In this document: positions 38,166-49,004 of the stretch, one piece after another | How the letters are laid out: every line of letters starts with the position of its first letter | Position numbering within the stretch: position 1 is the first letter of the stretch | Source: an uncultured Chloroflexia bacterium | Lineage (GTDB): Bacteria > Chloroflexota > Limnocylindria > Limnocylindrales > CSP1-4 | Reading direction: 5' to 3' | DNA length: 64,000 nucleotides | Assembly: GCA_963731635.1 (NCBI GenBank) | Contig: CAVSWB010000001.1 | Span: 784,691-848,690 of the forward strand | Translations under genes and position numbers: made by a program | Notes under the pieces: generated by a model | What the model was told of the DNA's origin: nothing | What the model saw: the letters and a program-made list of their open reading frames with translations, nothing else | Database searches by the model: none

Positions 38166-38471
38166 CGTCAGATCGCCACTTCGCCGGCGGTGTACGCAGC
38201 CGGAGTTATAGGCGGTATCCGGCACCCGCTCGGCTCGCAGCCATGGCATGGGGGGATGCATCTAGGCAAAGCCACCGTTGACTAGATAGGGCCTTCGAGG
38301 GCGACCCATTCGGCCGGCAGGCCACACATTTTGCGCTGCCGGCGAGACCCGATGGACGCCCTCGGCCACTGCATGCGCAAACCCCTAAGCATCGTCTGAG
38401 GAGTCTGGCGCGACGGTGAAGACTGCGACCCCAACTGGGGTCTCGAGGCTTGACAGGAAGCTGTGGGGGAT

Positions 38472-39531
38472 CTAGCTCCAGGGACCGCTGTAAGGCGGAT
38501 ACGACCAGCCGGCTGCCGTCTGCTGGGCATCGAAGACATTCTGGGCGGCGCTTAGGTCGTCAAGAACGGCCTGGGCCTCTGCATTCACAGTGGCATGGGC
38601 GCACGGGCCATTTAGCAGCGCAGCCTTGATCTTGGGGGCGTAGTTCTGCGCGATGGCGAGGTGCTGGCTCTCGTGCCACACGAAGTGGGCCATGACCAGT
38701 TTCCACCAGGGGACCAGAGCGGCAGGCACTCGAGCCGGGCTGGTCCAGTCGGGCAAGATGATGGTATAGCTGGCGGTCAGATCGACCGAGCTGACCGCGC
38801 AAACGCCACTAGCCGCGTCGGTTCGTCCGGCATAGCTCCAGCTATAGGAGGGATAGAAGCAAGCCAGGCTATCCATCATCTTGCAGGCTTTGGTCCCCCC
38901 GGCCTCGGTCGCGTCTATCAGAGCATCCGGAGTATCGCCATCGATGGAGAAGTATTCGACGGTTACCCCGGCAATGGGATACGAGAACTTGGGCAGGGCC
39001 ACCGTACCAGCCGGTGGTGGATCTGTCGGAGCCGTCGTTGCCACAGGGTTTGGGGCTGCTGCTGTCGTGCGGGGAGTGAGGGTCGCGTGAGGAGTCGGGG
39101 TCGTGCGGGGGGTTGGGGCTGCGGTCGTCCGAGGGGTGGAAGTCACCTCGGGAGTGCTCATAGTCGGAATGGCGACGCTCAGCGTAGCGCTATCAGACGC
39201 CTCAGAGCCACCGCCGGTTGGGAGGGCGCTCTGGTCGGAGGCGAGCGCGATCCCGATCGGGTTGTCGGTCGGCTTAGGCTGCGTCGAGGTCGTGCGACCG
39301 AAGACGACTGAGCCGCCCAGTCCGGCGAAGACGAGGGCTATCACCAATAGGAGGCCGACGAATCCCTTGTTCCGTGACGCCGGAGTTCGTGAGACCACGA
39401 GGGGCGTGTTTGCCCGACAGCTATAGCAGCGGGTCGCGCCGGCCCGAATTCAAGGAATGGCAGGCGGGGCAGAACCAGCCGCCAGCGAGGCCGTTGGCCG
39501 GAGCAGGGCTAACCTGATACGGCTCATCCAT
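38472..39531 (-). CDS. RanBP2-type zinc finger - TM - Pro/Thr linker - DUF922 (HExxH) putative metalloprotease; +1 frameshift at ~39444
   Basis: 'WFCPACHSLN(SAGATR)CYSC' once one G is removed; 'VWHESQHLAIAQ' in the C-terminal domain. Confidence 0.75.
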
Positions 39532-40212
39532 AGGCTCATAGTCACGGATGCAGCCGATAGTGCAAGCCGTACCATCGAGCAGGGTCAGGTGTTCGTTGGG
39601 CATGGCAGCCACGTCGCCACGGCATCGGACGAGGAAGTCGCCGAACTTGTGGCTGAGAGCCAGAGAGCTCGCGCCGAACAGTCGCCGGGTGAGAGTGAAC
39701 CCGCTGCGCGGTGCCCACGCCGACCTATAGCTCAATCTCTCACGCTCGCGCCCGTCTAGCGCCGGGTCTGAGACGCTCCCGGCCTCGTGAAGACTCTGGG
39801 TGCGCGTGTACTCGTCGCTCAGACGACCGGGCTTGGCGCCCGACGGGTCGGCTCAAGCCCCAACTGACGTTGTCGACCATTCGACCTGCGGGCATGGCGT
39901 CCGGTGAACTCGAATCCGGTCGACCCTCCAGCCGGAATCGACGGTGTCCGGTAGTCCATCGCACACTCGACGGCTGATTGTGAGGGCAGCGAAGGCAAGT
40001 AACTCTCGCCGGAAATGGGACGCCAGCGACGGTGTTTCACGGCACTCTCGTCCAGGGCTCAGGCGGGGATACGGTCTTGAGATTGGCAGGCCGCTGGACG
40101 ATCAGTTGGGCTCTGGATGACTTCCGGTTACTCCTGAGCCGCCAATGTGACCTGACAATTCGAGTAGGCGCTGCGTGGCCGCCGGCTTAGCCAGACATAT
40201 GAGGGGGAACCG

Positions 40213-43191
40213 ATGAGTCGCAGTGGCAACGTGGCTGGCGAACGCACTCATCGTTTTCTCCCCGGTGCTCTCGTCGGCGTCGCCGCTGCCATGGCAATGG
40301 TGGCGAGCTTGGTGACGGTGACCGCCGTGTCCGCGGTGGCCGGAACGCAACCCCAGACCGTTCAGTTCACCCCCCCATACGACGGCGTCGTTGGCGAGAG
40401 CCTTACGCTCCACGCGACCGCGGCATCAGGCTTGCCCGCTGCCTACTCGCTGGCAACGACGAGCGCCTGCACGATCAGCGGCGCGTCACTGACTTTCGTC
40501 GCCACGGGGAGCTGCGATGTCACAGCTTCTCAAGCTGGTAATGGAACCTGGGCCCCGGCCGCGGGCGTGACCCAGACGATCTACTCAAACCCAGGCTACG
40601 AGGCGACCACGTCGATCGAGACCACCGACGATTCTCCTCGCACTCCCGGAACCATCAAAGTCGGTGACCAGCTCACCGTTGCGCTCGCGGCGTCCGACAG
40701 TACGGCCGTTACCTCTTGCCTCATCAGGATTACGTCCGCGGGTGGCTGGTTGATGGAGAGCCCGGGCTCGGTGGTCGCGGGCCGGTGCACTCTGATGTTC
40801 ACAATCCCTGCCTACACGGACCCAGCGGCGCGATCTCGCGCCAATCGAGTCGACGGCGATCTATGCATCTCGATCATGACTCTGGCCTTTGCGGATGCCC
40901 AATCGCGGTCGATGGTGACCGCCAACCGAGGCACTCCGGGCGGAGTCGACTGCTACAACGGGGGCGACCGGAGCGGGCGAGAGGATAGCGTGCTCGACCT
41001 CCAGGTTCTCGATGGTGGCTCGCCTCAGCCCTTCGTCAGTAACCCCGAGATGGTCAGTTGGAACCCCGCAGATTGGGTCGGGTACCAGCCGCTGCAGTTC
41101 GGCCAGACGGCCCACCTGCAGCTCCCTTCATTCGCAACCAGCTGCCACATATATCTCAACGGCTCATGGCAGACGATCATCTCGCCGCCGACAACAGGCA
41201 CCTGTACAGCTTGGGATGTGCGGCTGCCCGGCGTGTTGCCATCGACCCTGCCGTGGGGAGGGGGCCCCGGCGACTGGCAGGTTGAGGTCGTGGCCAATTA
41301 CTCGACACCCGCAGGTGCCGGGACGGCTATCGGCTCGGTAAACATGCCCTACGCGTCATCGGACGGGATCTTCGAATCAAACCAGCCAGCGATGTTCCCG
41401 ACGGACCTCGCGGCGGCCCGTTTCGCCACCGTTGGGGAAGAATGGACGCCGTCGTTCAAGGTCAGCGGCGTGACCCCTGCCGACTGTCGAATGGAAGTCA
41501 TTACAGTCCCACCGACTTTCCCCATAGATCAGACGACGTTCGCGGACTACGACGCCTCGGCTATCGATGCCGACGGCACCTGCCACTTCGATGTCCCGGC
41601 GTATACCAAGGAGTGGGAATTCCACCAGTACATCGTTGAGGCGAATAGGTACACGAACTCCGACCGCGTGACCTTTGGCGGCTCGATCACGGCTATCGCG
41701 GCGCCTTCCTCACCAGTCATCTCGGATCCAACTACCAGCGCCGGCAGCACGTCGATCGACGTGGCCGCCGGTGCGGGACAAGGCCTGATGCTCGACCTCA
41801 GCGTCGCCCCTAGTCCGGGCCCGGCGCTCGCCGGCCCACAGGATGGCGCGACTCCGGCCGTCACCGGCTGCACCGGGTCGTCGGTTACCGGCGACTTGGC
41901 CAACGGCGGCGCGGTTCCGGACATCACAGCCAGCTGCAAGCTCCCCACGGGAACCTATACAGCACTGGCCCACATGTACGACGCGGCAGGGAAGGTGACA
42001 ACAACAACCCGTCAGTTCACCGTCCCGGCGATCGTCCCCGGAGCCACGTACTACGCCATCTCGCCCGGGCGAGTCCTCGACTCGCGCAGCGGCTTTGGCG
42101 CCGGCCTCTTCCACTCACGCACGAAGCAGAGCTTCCAGGTCACCGGTTTGTGGGGCGTTCCTGCCGGTGCGGTCGCGGTCACAGGCAACGTCACGGTCGT
42201 GGGCCAGACAGCGGCGGGCTACGTAACGGTCGCCCCAAGCCTGACGAGCGGCAGCCAGCCCCTCACCTCGACGATCAACTTCCCGGCCGGCGACATCCGC
42301 GCTAACGGCGTCACGGTGGCTCTCGGTGCCGCCGGCAAGCTCGATGCCATGTACTGGACCGGCAATGCGGCCAACACCACCCAGGTGCTCTTCGATGTGA
42401 CCGGCTACTTCGCCAACGACACGACCGGGGCCACGTTCCACGCTATCGCACCGGGTCGGGTCCTCGACTCGCGCTCTAGCGTCGGGGCGGGCCTGTTCCA
42501 CTCACGGACCAAGCAGAGCTTTGCGGTCACAGGATTGTGGGGCGTGCCTGCAGGAGCGGTCGCGGTTACGGGCAACGTCACGATCACGGGGCAGAAGCGG
42601 ACGGGCTACGTCACGATCGCGCCGAGCCTGACGAGCGCCAGCCAGCCGCAGACCTCCACGATCAACTTCCCGCTCGGGGACACCCGTGCCAACGGGGTGA
42701 CCGTCTCCCTCGGCGCCGGCGGCAGGCTCGATGCCATGTACTGGTCCTCGAGTACCAGCGACACGGTCAACATCATCTTCGATGTGACCGGCTACTTCGC
42801 CAATGACGCCACCGGAGCCACGTTCCACGCCATCACCCCCGGCCGCGTCCTCGACTCGCGCGCGGGCAGCGGGGCGAGCTTGTTCCACTCACGCTCCAAG
42901 CAGAGCTTCGCCATCACCGGGCTCTGGGGCGTGCCAGCCGGTGCTGTCGCGGTAACAGGCAACGTCACAGTGGTCGGCCAGACTGCCGCGAGCTACGTGA
43001 CGGTGGCCCCGAGCCTGACCAGCGGGAGCCAGCCCCTGACCTCGACGATCAACTTCCCCGCGGGTGACATACGCGCCAACGGGGTCACCGTCTCCCTCGG
43101 GGCAGGCGGCAAGCTCGACGCCATGTACTGGACCGGCAACGCGGCCAACACCACTCAGCTGCTGTTCGACGTAACCGGCTACTTCAGCTGA
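40213..43191 (+). CDS. Large secreted protein with three C-terminal ~125-aa repeats
   Basis: Signal peptide; repeats 'GAT(Y/F)(Y/H)AI.PGRVLDSR...GVPAGAVAVTGNVT...STINFP...FDVTGYF'. Confidence 0.8.
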   Translation: MSRSGNVAGERTHRFLPGALVGVAAAMAMVASLVTVTAVSAVAGTQPQTVQFTPPYDGVVGESLTLHATAASGLPAAYSLATTSACTISGASLTFVATGSCDVTASQAGNGTWAPAAGVTQTIYSNPGYEATTSIETTDDSPRTPGTIKVGDQLTVALAASDSTAVTSCLIRITSAGGWLMESPGSVVAGRCTLMFTIPAYTDPAARSRANRVDGDLCISIMTLAFADAQSRSMVTANRGTPGGVDCYNGGDRSGREDSVLDLQVLDGGSPQPFVSNPEMVSWNPADWVGYQPLQFGQTAHLQLPSFATSCHIYLNGSWQTIISPPTTGTCTAWDVRLPGVLPSTLPWGGGPGDWQVEVVANYSTPAGAGTAIGSVNMPYASSDGIFESNQPAMFPTDLAAARFATVGEEWTPSFKVSGVTPADCRMEVITVPPTFPIDQTTFADYDASAIDADGTCHFDVPAYTKEWEFHQYIVEANRYTNSDRVTFGGSITAIAAPSSPVISDPTTSAGSTSIDVAAGAGQGLMLDLSVAPSPGPALAGPQDGATPAVTGCTGSSVTGDLANGGAVPDITASCKLPTGTYTALAHMYDAAGKVTTTTRQFTVPAIVPGATYYAISPGRVLDSRSGFGAGLFHSRTKQSFQVTGLWGVPAGAVAVTGNVTVVGQTAAGYVTVAPSLTSGSQPLTSTINFPAGDIRANGVTVALGAAGKLDAMYWTGNAANTTQVLFDVTGYFANDTTGATFHAIAPGRVLDSRSSVGAGLFHSRTKQSFAVTGLWGVPAGAVAVTGNVTITGQKRTGYVTIAPSLTSASQPQTSTINFPLGDTRANGVTVSLGAGGRLDAMYWSSSTSDTVNIIFDVTGYFANDATGATFHAITPGRVLDSRAGSGASLFHSRSKQSFAITGLWGVPAGAVAVTGNVTVVGQTAASYVTVAPSLTSGSQPLTSTINFPAGDIRANGVTVSLGAGGKLDAMYWTGNAANTTQLLFDVTGYFS

Positions 43192-43506
43192 GAGTTGGCC
43201 TAACGCGAGGGGCAGTCCCCGTGGTCTCCAATCCCTCGGGGTCTGTCTGGAGCATCGAGGGGTTGGTCAACCCGAAGTATGTTGGGATCAGACCTGCGGC
43301 CCTTTGGGTCGTCGACCGGTGGCTTTGCCGGGTTCGTGTTCGGCCTCGAACAGCTGTAGGGGACCATGCTTCGACCGTGTGCCGTCCCGGAGCAAAAGGA
43401 GACGCTTCGCCTGAACCGCTTTGGTCGCTGTCCCGATCAGCGCGATCGACCTTCTCGTCCACGCTACGGTGCGAGCTCCGCACCCAGTCAAACTGAGGGA
43501 GTTTTC

Positions 43507-44175
43507 ATGTCGGATCTTCTCGGCACGCCGGCGGCTCTGACGCCGGACCTGCCGGCTCAACAGCCGGCACAGGCTTCGTCTGCCTACCCCGTCGGCGCGC
43601 CCCAGCCACCGGCACAGCCCGATCCGGGCCAGCCACTCCAGGGCTATCCGCAGCAGGCCGCCCAGAGTTACTCCCCGCCGCCGCAGGGCTACCCGCAACA
43701 GGCCTACGGCTATGGTCAGCCCGCGTTCAACGTGAATGTCGCGGCTCCCGCGATCGTTATGGCACCGCCTTCAGGTCCTGGCTTCGGCGTCCGGGCTGTC
43801 TGGTTCGTATTCATCGGCTGGTGGCTCACCGGATTCATGATCGGGCTCGCCTACTTCCTCGCGCTGACAATCATTGGCCTCCCCGTCGCGTTCTACCTGT
43901 TCAACCGGATCCCGATCTTCCTCACCCTCCGCGGCCGCACCAAGACTTACCGCGCGACCATGGGCCCCGACGGAACCACGACCATGCTCCAGGCGGTAAA
44001 TACGGAGCAACGCCCGATGCTCCAGCGAGCCCTCTGGTTCATCTTCGTGGGTTGGTGGCTCGGCGCACTGTGGATGGGCCTTGCCTACGTACTCTGCGTC
44101 ATCATCATCGGCCTCCCCATCGGCCTCATGATGTTCGACCGCACTGGGGGCGTCATGACGCTCCTGCGCTACTGA
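43507..44175 (+). CDS. YccF-domain membrane protein with Pro/Gln-rich N-terminus
   Basis: Two 'RAxWFxFxGWWL...IIGLP' repeats. Confidence 0.8.
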   Translation: MSDLLGTPAALTPDLPAQQPAQASSAYPVGAPQPPAQPDPGQPLQGYPQQAAQSYSPPPQGYPQQAYGYGQPAFNVNVAAPAIVMAPPSGPGFGVRAVWFVFIGWWLTGFMIGLAYFLALTIIGLPVAFYLFNRIPIFLTLRGRTKTYRATMGPDGTTTMLQAVNTEQRPMLQRALWFIFVGWWLGALWMGLAYVLCVIIIGLPIGLMMFDRTGGVMTLLRY

Positions 44176-44287
44176 TCACAATCTTCCCGCAAGGCATGAA
44201 GACCCGCCAGGCCACGAGCCCGGCGGGTCTCTTGGTAGCTCTACTCCGTCTTGCTTCGACGGCGAAACATATCCACCACGAAAGCGG

Positions 44288-45286
44288 CTACATACGAGCC
44301 AGGAGTTCAGCCTTCTTGGCCTCGAACTCGGCGGCTGTGAGAATGCCCGCGTCTCGGAGCTCGGCCAGTTGCCTGATCTGCTCAGGTATTCCGGGACCGA
44401 CGGCCGCCGGAGCTGCTGCCGGTTGATGTCGAACACGGATTCGCCTGTCGAGTTCCTCCTTGATCGCCCGAAATGCCGGCTCCTGGCCCTTCTTGAACAT
44501 GACCGCGTTCTCGTCCTTCGACGCGATTCGTGCGTCTGAGGATCCGCCCATGAAGCTGAACTGGATGTGACCCAGCCACATCGCTCCCGGGTCGCGCCAT
44601 TGGACGGCCGTGATCTGGTCCAGCGCGATTTCCTTGTCGCCCTTGAGGATTCCCGTCGACAGCGCGCCGCGCATGCCGTGATGCTTGATCCGGATCTGGT
44701 GCTCGAAGAGCCAAAGGTGACCGCCAGCGCCCTCGGCCTCCATCAGAGGCGGTGCTCCGCCGGGCATGTTGCTGTCCCGCATCATGCCGGAGCCTGGAAC
44801 GACGGTCCCTGGCGCGAAGCCCGGGATAGATTTGGCTCCGGCGGAGACCAGCCATTCAAGTTCGCCCCTGGCCGCCGGGTCGATTTGGCCATCCACCCGC
44901 ACCGCGTCAAGTAAGTCCGCAACATTCGTCGCGGTCGGTTCGGTCCGACCGATCGAAGGTCCCCGGAATTGCGCCCATTCGAGCAGATGGCCGTCACCGA
45001 ACGCCATCGTGCTCAGATTCTCGTATGGGTAGACCGAAAGTCGACTCTTCTTCCAGATGAAGCCTCGAGAGTCCGTGCCAACGAGTGCACTCCCTCGTTG
45101 CCCGGGGATGATCACCCTCACGTCCTCTTGCGGGCCGAGCATCGCGTCGAGCGCCTGGTTGGCTTCCTTGGACAGCCTGGATCGGTCGTTGTAGGGCGGC
45201 TTGTTGCCAACCAAGGGAGGATCTCCTCTCGCCGGGATTCCGGCATCGCTTCCAGTATTGCCCAGTGTTCTGGCGCGAGGGCCCAT
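44288..45286 (-). CDS. PH-like/DUF4429 + SHOCT domain protein
   Basis: 'GDKEIALDQITAVQW...GHIQFSFMGG...DENAVMF', C-terminal 'IRQLAELRDAGILTAAEFEAKKAELL'. Confidence 0.75.
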   Translation of the reverse strand: MGPRARTLGNTGSDAGIPARGDPPLVGNKPPYNDRSRLSKEANQALDAMLGPQEDVRVIIPGQRGSALVGTDSRGFIWKKSRLSVYPYENLSTMAFGDGHLLEWAQFRGPSIGRTEPTATNVADLLDAVRVDGQIDPAARGELEWLVSAGAKSIPGFAPGTVVPGSGMMRDSNMPGGAPPLMEAEGAGGHLWLFEHQIRIKHHGMRGALSTGILKGDKEIALDQITAVQWRDPGAMWLGHIQFSFMGGSSDARIASKDENAVMFKKGQEPAFRAIKEELDRRIRVRHQPAAAPAAVGPGIPEQIRQLAELRDAGILTAAEFEAKKAELLARM

Positions 45287-45347
45287 GGTCAACGTCCACT
45301 CGGCCCGAACCCGCGAGTGTGGCGGGAGCGGGTCGTCCGTCACGCAA

Positions 45348-46407
45348 TTACAGACCCGGCCAGGCCCATCGGTCCGAGGCGTCGAACGCGGCCTGATCGG
45401 CAGCCAGCCGAGCGCTGACAGGAGCTATGACCGCGGCTTGATCGGCAGACTTGCACGGGCCGGCGAGGATGGCGCTCCTGTATTGATCTTCATAGCCTTG
45501 TGCGATCGCAAGATGCTGGCTTTCGTGCCAGACGATGTGGTCCATGGACACGCGCCACCAGGCCGCCAGAGCGGGCGACACCTGGGCCGGCGAAGTCCAT
45601 TGCGGCAACACGATCCAATAAACCGGAGTGAATGTGACCGAGGTCACGGTGCAAACCTGTGTCTGGGCGTCGACTGAGATCCGGTAGGTCCAATTGAAGG
45701 TGTGGTAGAAACAGGCCGCCGCGGGCTCTCCGCCGCAATTTGTGGGTCCGGCCGCCATTACGGCCGAAATGACAGCCAATCTGGTCGAGCCGGAGACCTC
45801 GAAATACTGAACGGCCGTGTCGGGAATAGTTACCGGGATGACAGGTAGAGGGACCGTTGCAACCGGGGGCTCGGTAGTGGGCGGTGGGGTCGGCGCGCTC
45901 GTTGGGGCGACCGTGGGAGCGTGGGTCGAAGCCGGCTTTGGAGGGCTCGTCGGGCGGGCGGTCCGGGCCGGGGCCTGGGTCGCCCTGACCGTCGGAGTCG
46001 GTGGCGCAAACGACGGAGTCGGAGTCGGAGCCGGGGCCGAAGCGACCACCGTGCTTGAGGGCGTGTCTGTCGCGACGCGGGTTTGCGTCGAGTCAGGCGC
46101 GACAATAGCGACGCTGACATAGGCGATCGGATCCGTACTTCTCGTCGAAGCGGTCGGGGAGATCTTCCCGGTTACAGCGGCGGTCCCAGCGACCAGGCCA
46201 ACGACCGAAATCAGGAGTGCGAGGACCGCTATGACTCTCGTCGGACGTGAGGACGATCTCGCGGCATGAAGGTTTGTGAAGCGCGAGATCGCGCGACACC
46301 TGTAGCAATGCCTGGCGTTGCGATTGTTCAACGAGCGACAGGATTTCGCAGACCCAACTGCCGTCCGCGAGGACTTGTGTTTCAGGTGTGGCGTCAAGCG
46401 GGCCCAT
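45348..46407 (-). CDS. Second RanBP2-type zinc finger - TM - DUF922 protease paralog; +1 frameshift at ~46345
   Basis: 'WVCE(S)CRSLNNRNARHCYRC' once one A is removed; 'IVWHESQHLAIAQ'. Confidence 0.75.
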
Positions 46408-46430
46408 GGCTCGATAGTATCGGCGGCGTG

Positions 46431-46880
46431 ATCGCGCGGGCAATAGGACTCGAGGCGCCCCATTTGCCATGTCACATCGTGGCGCCGGACCATGTCCGCG
46501 AGGATCTCATGCGGCTCTACCGGCGCATGACCTTCAACGTGCTCGCGGGTAACCGCGACGACCACCTGCGCAACCATGGCTTCCTCCGGCATGCCGACGG
46601 GTGGCGACTCGCACCGGCATTCGACATGAACCCGTCACGAGAGACGCGCGAGCACGCGACCGCGGTCAACGGCAAGGTGGACTCGCCAGACGCCCGGGAT
46701 GTGCTCGAGGTCCGCGCCTTCTTCGGGCTGAGCGAAAAGGCGGCGAGGGACGTCATTGCCGATGTGGCCGATGCTGTGAGCGAGTGGCGGTCCATAGCCG
46801 GCTCGGTCGGCATTGGCCGGACGGAGCAAGATCAGGTCGCGGTCGCGCTCAGCGCCCTGTCGAGCGCGGCGACTCTGTGA
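46431..46880 (+). pseudogene. HipA-family kinase C-terminal remnant
   Basis: 'FNVLAGNRDDHLRNHGFL', 'WRLAPAFDMNP'; N-terminal lobe missing. Confidence 0.8.
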
Positions 46881-47074
46881 GCCGGGATGGAACTCGAGTT
46901 GCCCCGGCCAGGCTCGATCGCCTGATCGGCTGGCGGCGATGGCCTCAGAGTCGAGGCGGATAACCAGGTCCTGTGGGCGACGGCGGGGACTTGGGGACGC
47001 GAACGCCCCGCGACCAGCGGCAGATCTCGGTGGAGCGTGGAGTAACAAGTAACTAAGATGCTCGTATCGCGTAC

Positions 47075-47102
47075 TTGACTTGCGCGTTAATGACGCGACA
47101 AT
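47075..47102 (+). promoter_or_regulatory. Sigma70-like promoter with internal palindrome, probably leaderless
   Basis: TTGACT-16-GACAAT; CGCGT-TAATG-ACGCG in the spacer; ATG 7 nt downstream with no SD. Confidence 0.6.
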
Positions 47103-47108
47103 CTCGCC

Positions 47109-47705
47109 ATGACAAAGCCAATGGATCGTACGGGACTTGAAGGAGCTCTCGCCGCACTCGGGGACGTGCTCGCCTACAGGGGCGAGGCGTACGAGATCGT
47201 GCTCGTCGGGGGCGGGGACCTCGTACTTCGCGGCATCGTCTCGCGGTCCACCAAGGATGCCGACATCGTGGGCCAGCGTCTGGGCAACGGCCGCATCGTG
47301 CCGCTCCGCAGGCTTCCCGATGCCCTCGCGAAGGCTGTGTCCGAGGTTGCGGAAGCGCACGACCTCGCACCCGACTGGCTCAACGTCGGGCCGGAGTCGC
47401 TACTCGACCTCGGGCTTCCGGCCGGCTTCGAGGACCGGCTCACCGCGAGGCACTACGGCGGCCTGACGGTCTGGCTCGCAGGCCCGTACGACCTTGTCTG
47501 CTTCAAGCTGTACGCGGCCACCGACCACTGGCCGAGCCGAGACCGGCATCTCGACGACCTGCGCGCCCTCCGTCCTACCGAGGCTGATCTGCTTTCTTCG
47601 GCCCGCTGGTCGATGACCCACGATCCCTCACCAGCGTTCCGGGGCCAGCTCGTCGCCGTGCTCGCGCACCTCGGGGTGGAGGACGCCGATGCTCGCCTCG
47701 ACTAG
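47109..47705 (+). CDS. DUF6036-like nucleotidyltransferase
   Basis: 'IVLVGGG', 'RSTKDADI', 'DLVCFKLYAA...RHLDDL'. Confidence 0.8.
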   Translation: MTKPMDRTGLEGALAALGDVLAYRGEAYEIVLVGGGDLVLRGIVSRSTKDADIVGQRLGNGRIVPLRRLPDALAKAVSEVAEAHDLAPDWLNVGPESLLDLGLPAGFEDRLTARHYGGLTVWLAGPYDLVCFKLYAATDHWPSRDRHLDDLRALRPTEADLLSSARWSMTHDPSPAFRGQLVAVLAHLGVEDADARLD

Positions 47706-48583
47706 CCTGCGACGCGCATCTATCGATCGGATCGCGGCGGGCTGGATCGCTCTCGGCGGGCAGCTCGAGGGCGATCCGGATGCCACGGTCGTCGATCCCG
47801 AAGCCCTGATCGTCGCCACGGCCGAACTCGCCCGTGACGAGGACCGCATCATTGGCGTGGCTCTCGACTGGTGCGTCGCCTACGGCGACGTCGGTCAACT
47901 CATCGCGTCTGCGACGCATCGCCCGAGCGATGGACGCGACCGCCGCCCTCGCTTCCTTCGCGGCTGCGGTCGGCGCATCTGGCGGCCCGAAATGGTCCGA
48001 AGGCGAGGGGGCCACGCCGATGGCGGCTTCGTTGCGCGGCAAGGTCGCCGTCCGGGACCTTTCGGCTCCCGCCCGTCTCGTATGGCGGCTGCGCTCGGCT
48101 TTCGGCGTCAACGCGAGAGCCGACATCCTCGCTTTGCTGCTCTCGTGCCCTGCCGGGACGGAGATGCGCGTCGCCGACATCGCCCGCCGAACCGGGTTCT
48201 CCAAACGCAACGCCGCGATCGCCATCGAGTCCATGGCGCTTGCAGGCGTCGTCGAGGCCGACCGGAAGGGCAACTCGGATCGGGTGGCGCTTCCGGTCGA
48301 TTCGCCGCTTCGCGCCTTCCTGCCGCGCCCCGTCGCGGCGCCCGATTGGACCTCTCGCTGGACCGTTGCGATCGAGATGCTGCGCCTCGTCGAACGGCTC
48401 GCAGACGCTCCTGATGGAGCGGTAATCGTGGAAGAGCGGCTCGCGGCCGAGTCGCTCGGCCCGAAGCTGCGCGACGCCGGCCTGCCCCGGCCCGACCTCA
48501 CCGTCCGAGGCTCGGCCTTCGCCGCTTCCTTTGATGCCTGGATCGGGGCCCTCGCCGCGGCTTTGTCCGATCTGGCGCAGTAG
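47689..48583 (+). CDS. Partner protein with winged HTH (putative antitoxin); +1 frameshift at ~47893
   Basis: SD GGAGG, overlaps the NTase stop; 'DWCVAYGDV|VNSSRLRR'; HTH 'VADIARRTGFSKRNAAIAIESMALAGVV'. Confidence 0.65.
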
Positions 48584-48824
48584 GTTTCCCTCGCTCTTTC
48601 TCTGGGGTCGTGCAACGCCGACCGAGCTATCACTCGCCCGGCAAATGCGAAGCGTCCGCGCCACTAATCGGACACCGCATCTTGGCTGGTGAGACCTCGA
48701 CGCACTCGAATCGGGTGCGGGCCCGCCATCCGGAGCCAATGGCGATCCCATCGCCGGCTGGCTCAGTAGATCGTCTGTGGGCGAAGGCGTCAGCGTCGAG
48801 GCGTATAATTCGCACCATCATCGT

Positions 48825-48920
48825 GGGCATTTGAAGAGGCCCGATCCACCAGAGGGCATCGGACTCTTTCGGGTTCACGCGATGGGACGAAGACTCTCTC
48901 CGGGGCGGGAATCCTGACTC
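48825..48920 (-). repeat. Inverted copies of the GAGTCAGATGCCC motif left of the att duplication
   Basis: Reverse complements: 48907-48920 GAGTCAGGATTCCC, 48884-48896 GAGTCTTCGTCCC, 48854-48866 GAGTCCGATGCCC, 48825-48837 weak. Confidence 0.65.
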
Positions 48921-49004
48921 ACCCCGGAATTGACGAAAACGGCGTCCTCGCGCTGGCCGTTCCAAGCACGAATCGACTCTAGCTGCTCGCCCCGACGGGA
49001 AGCG

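Noticed and set aside
39985-40035. c-di-GMP-I riboswitch (GGCAA...GAAA...GGGACGC)
   Set aside because: The P2 stem does not pair and the downstream GCAAAGC/CUAA elements are missing; a covariance search would be needed.
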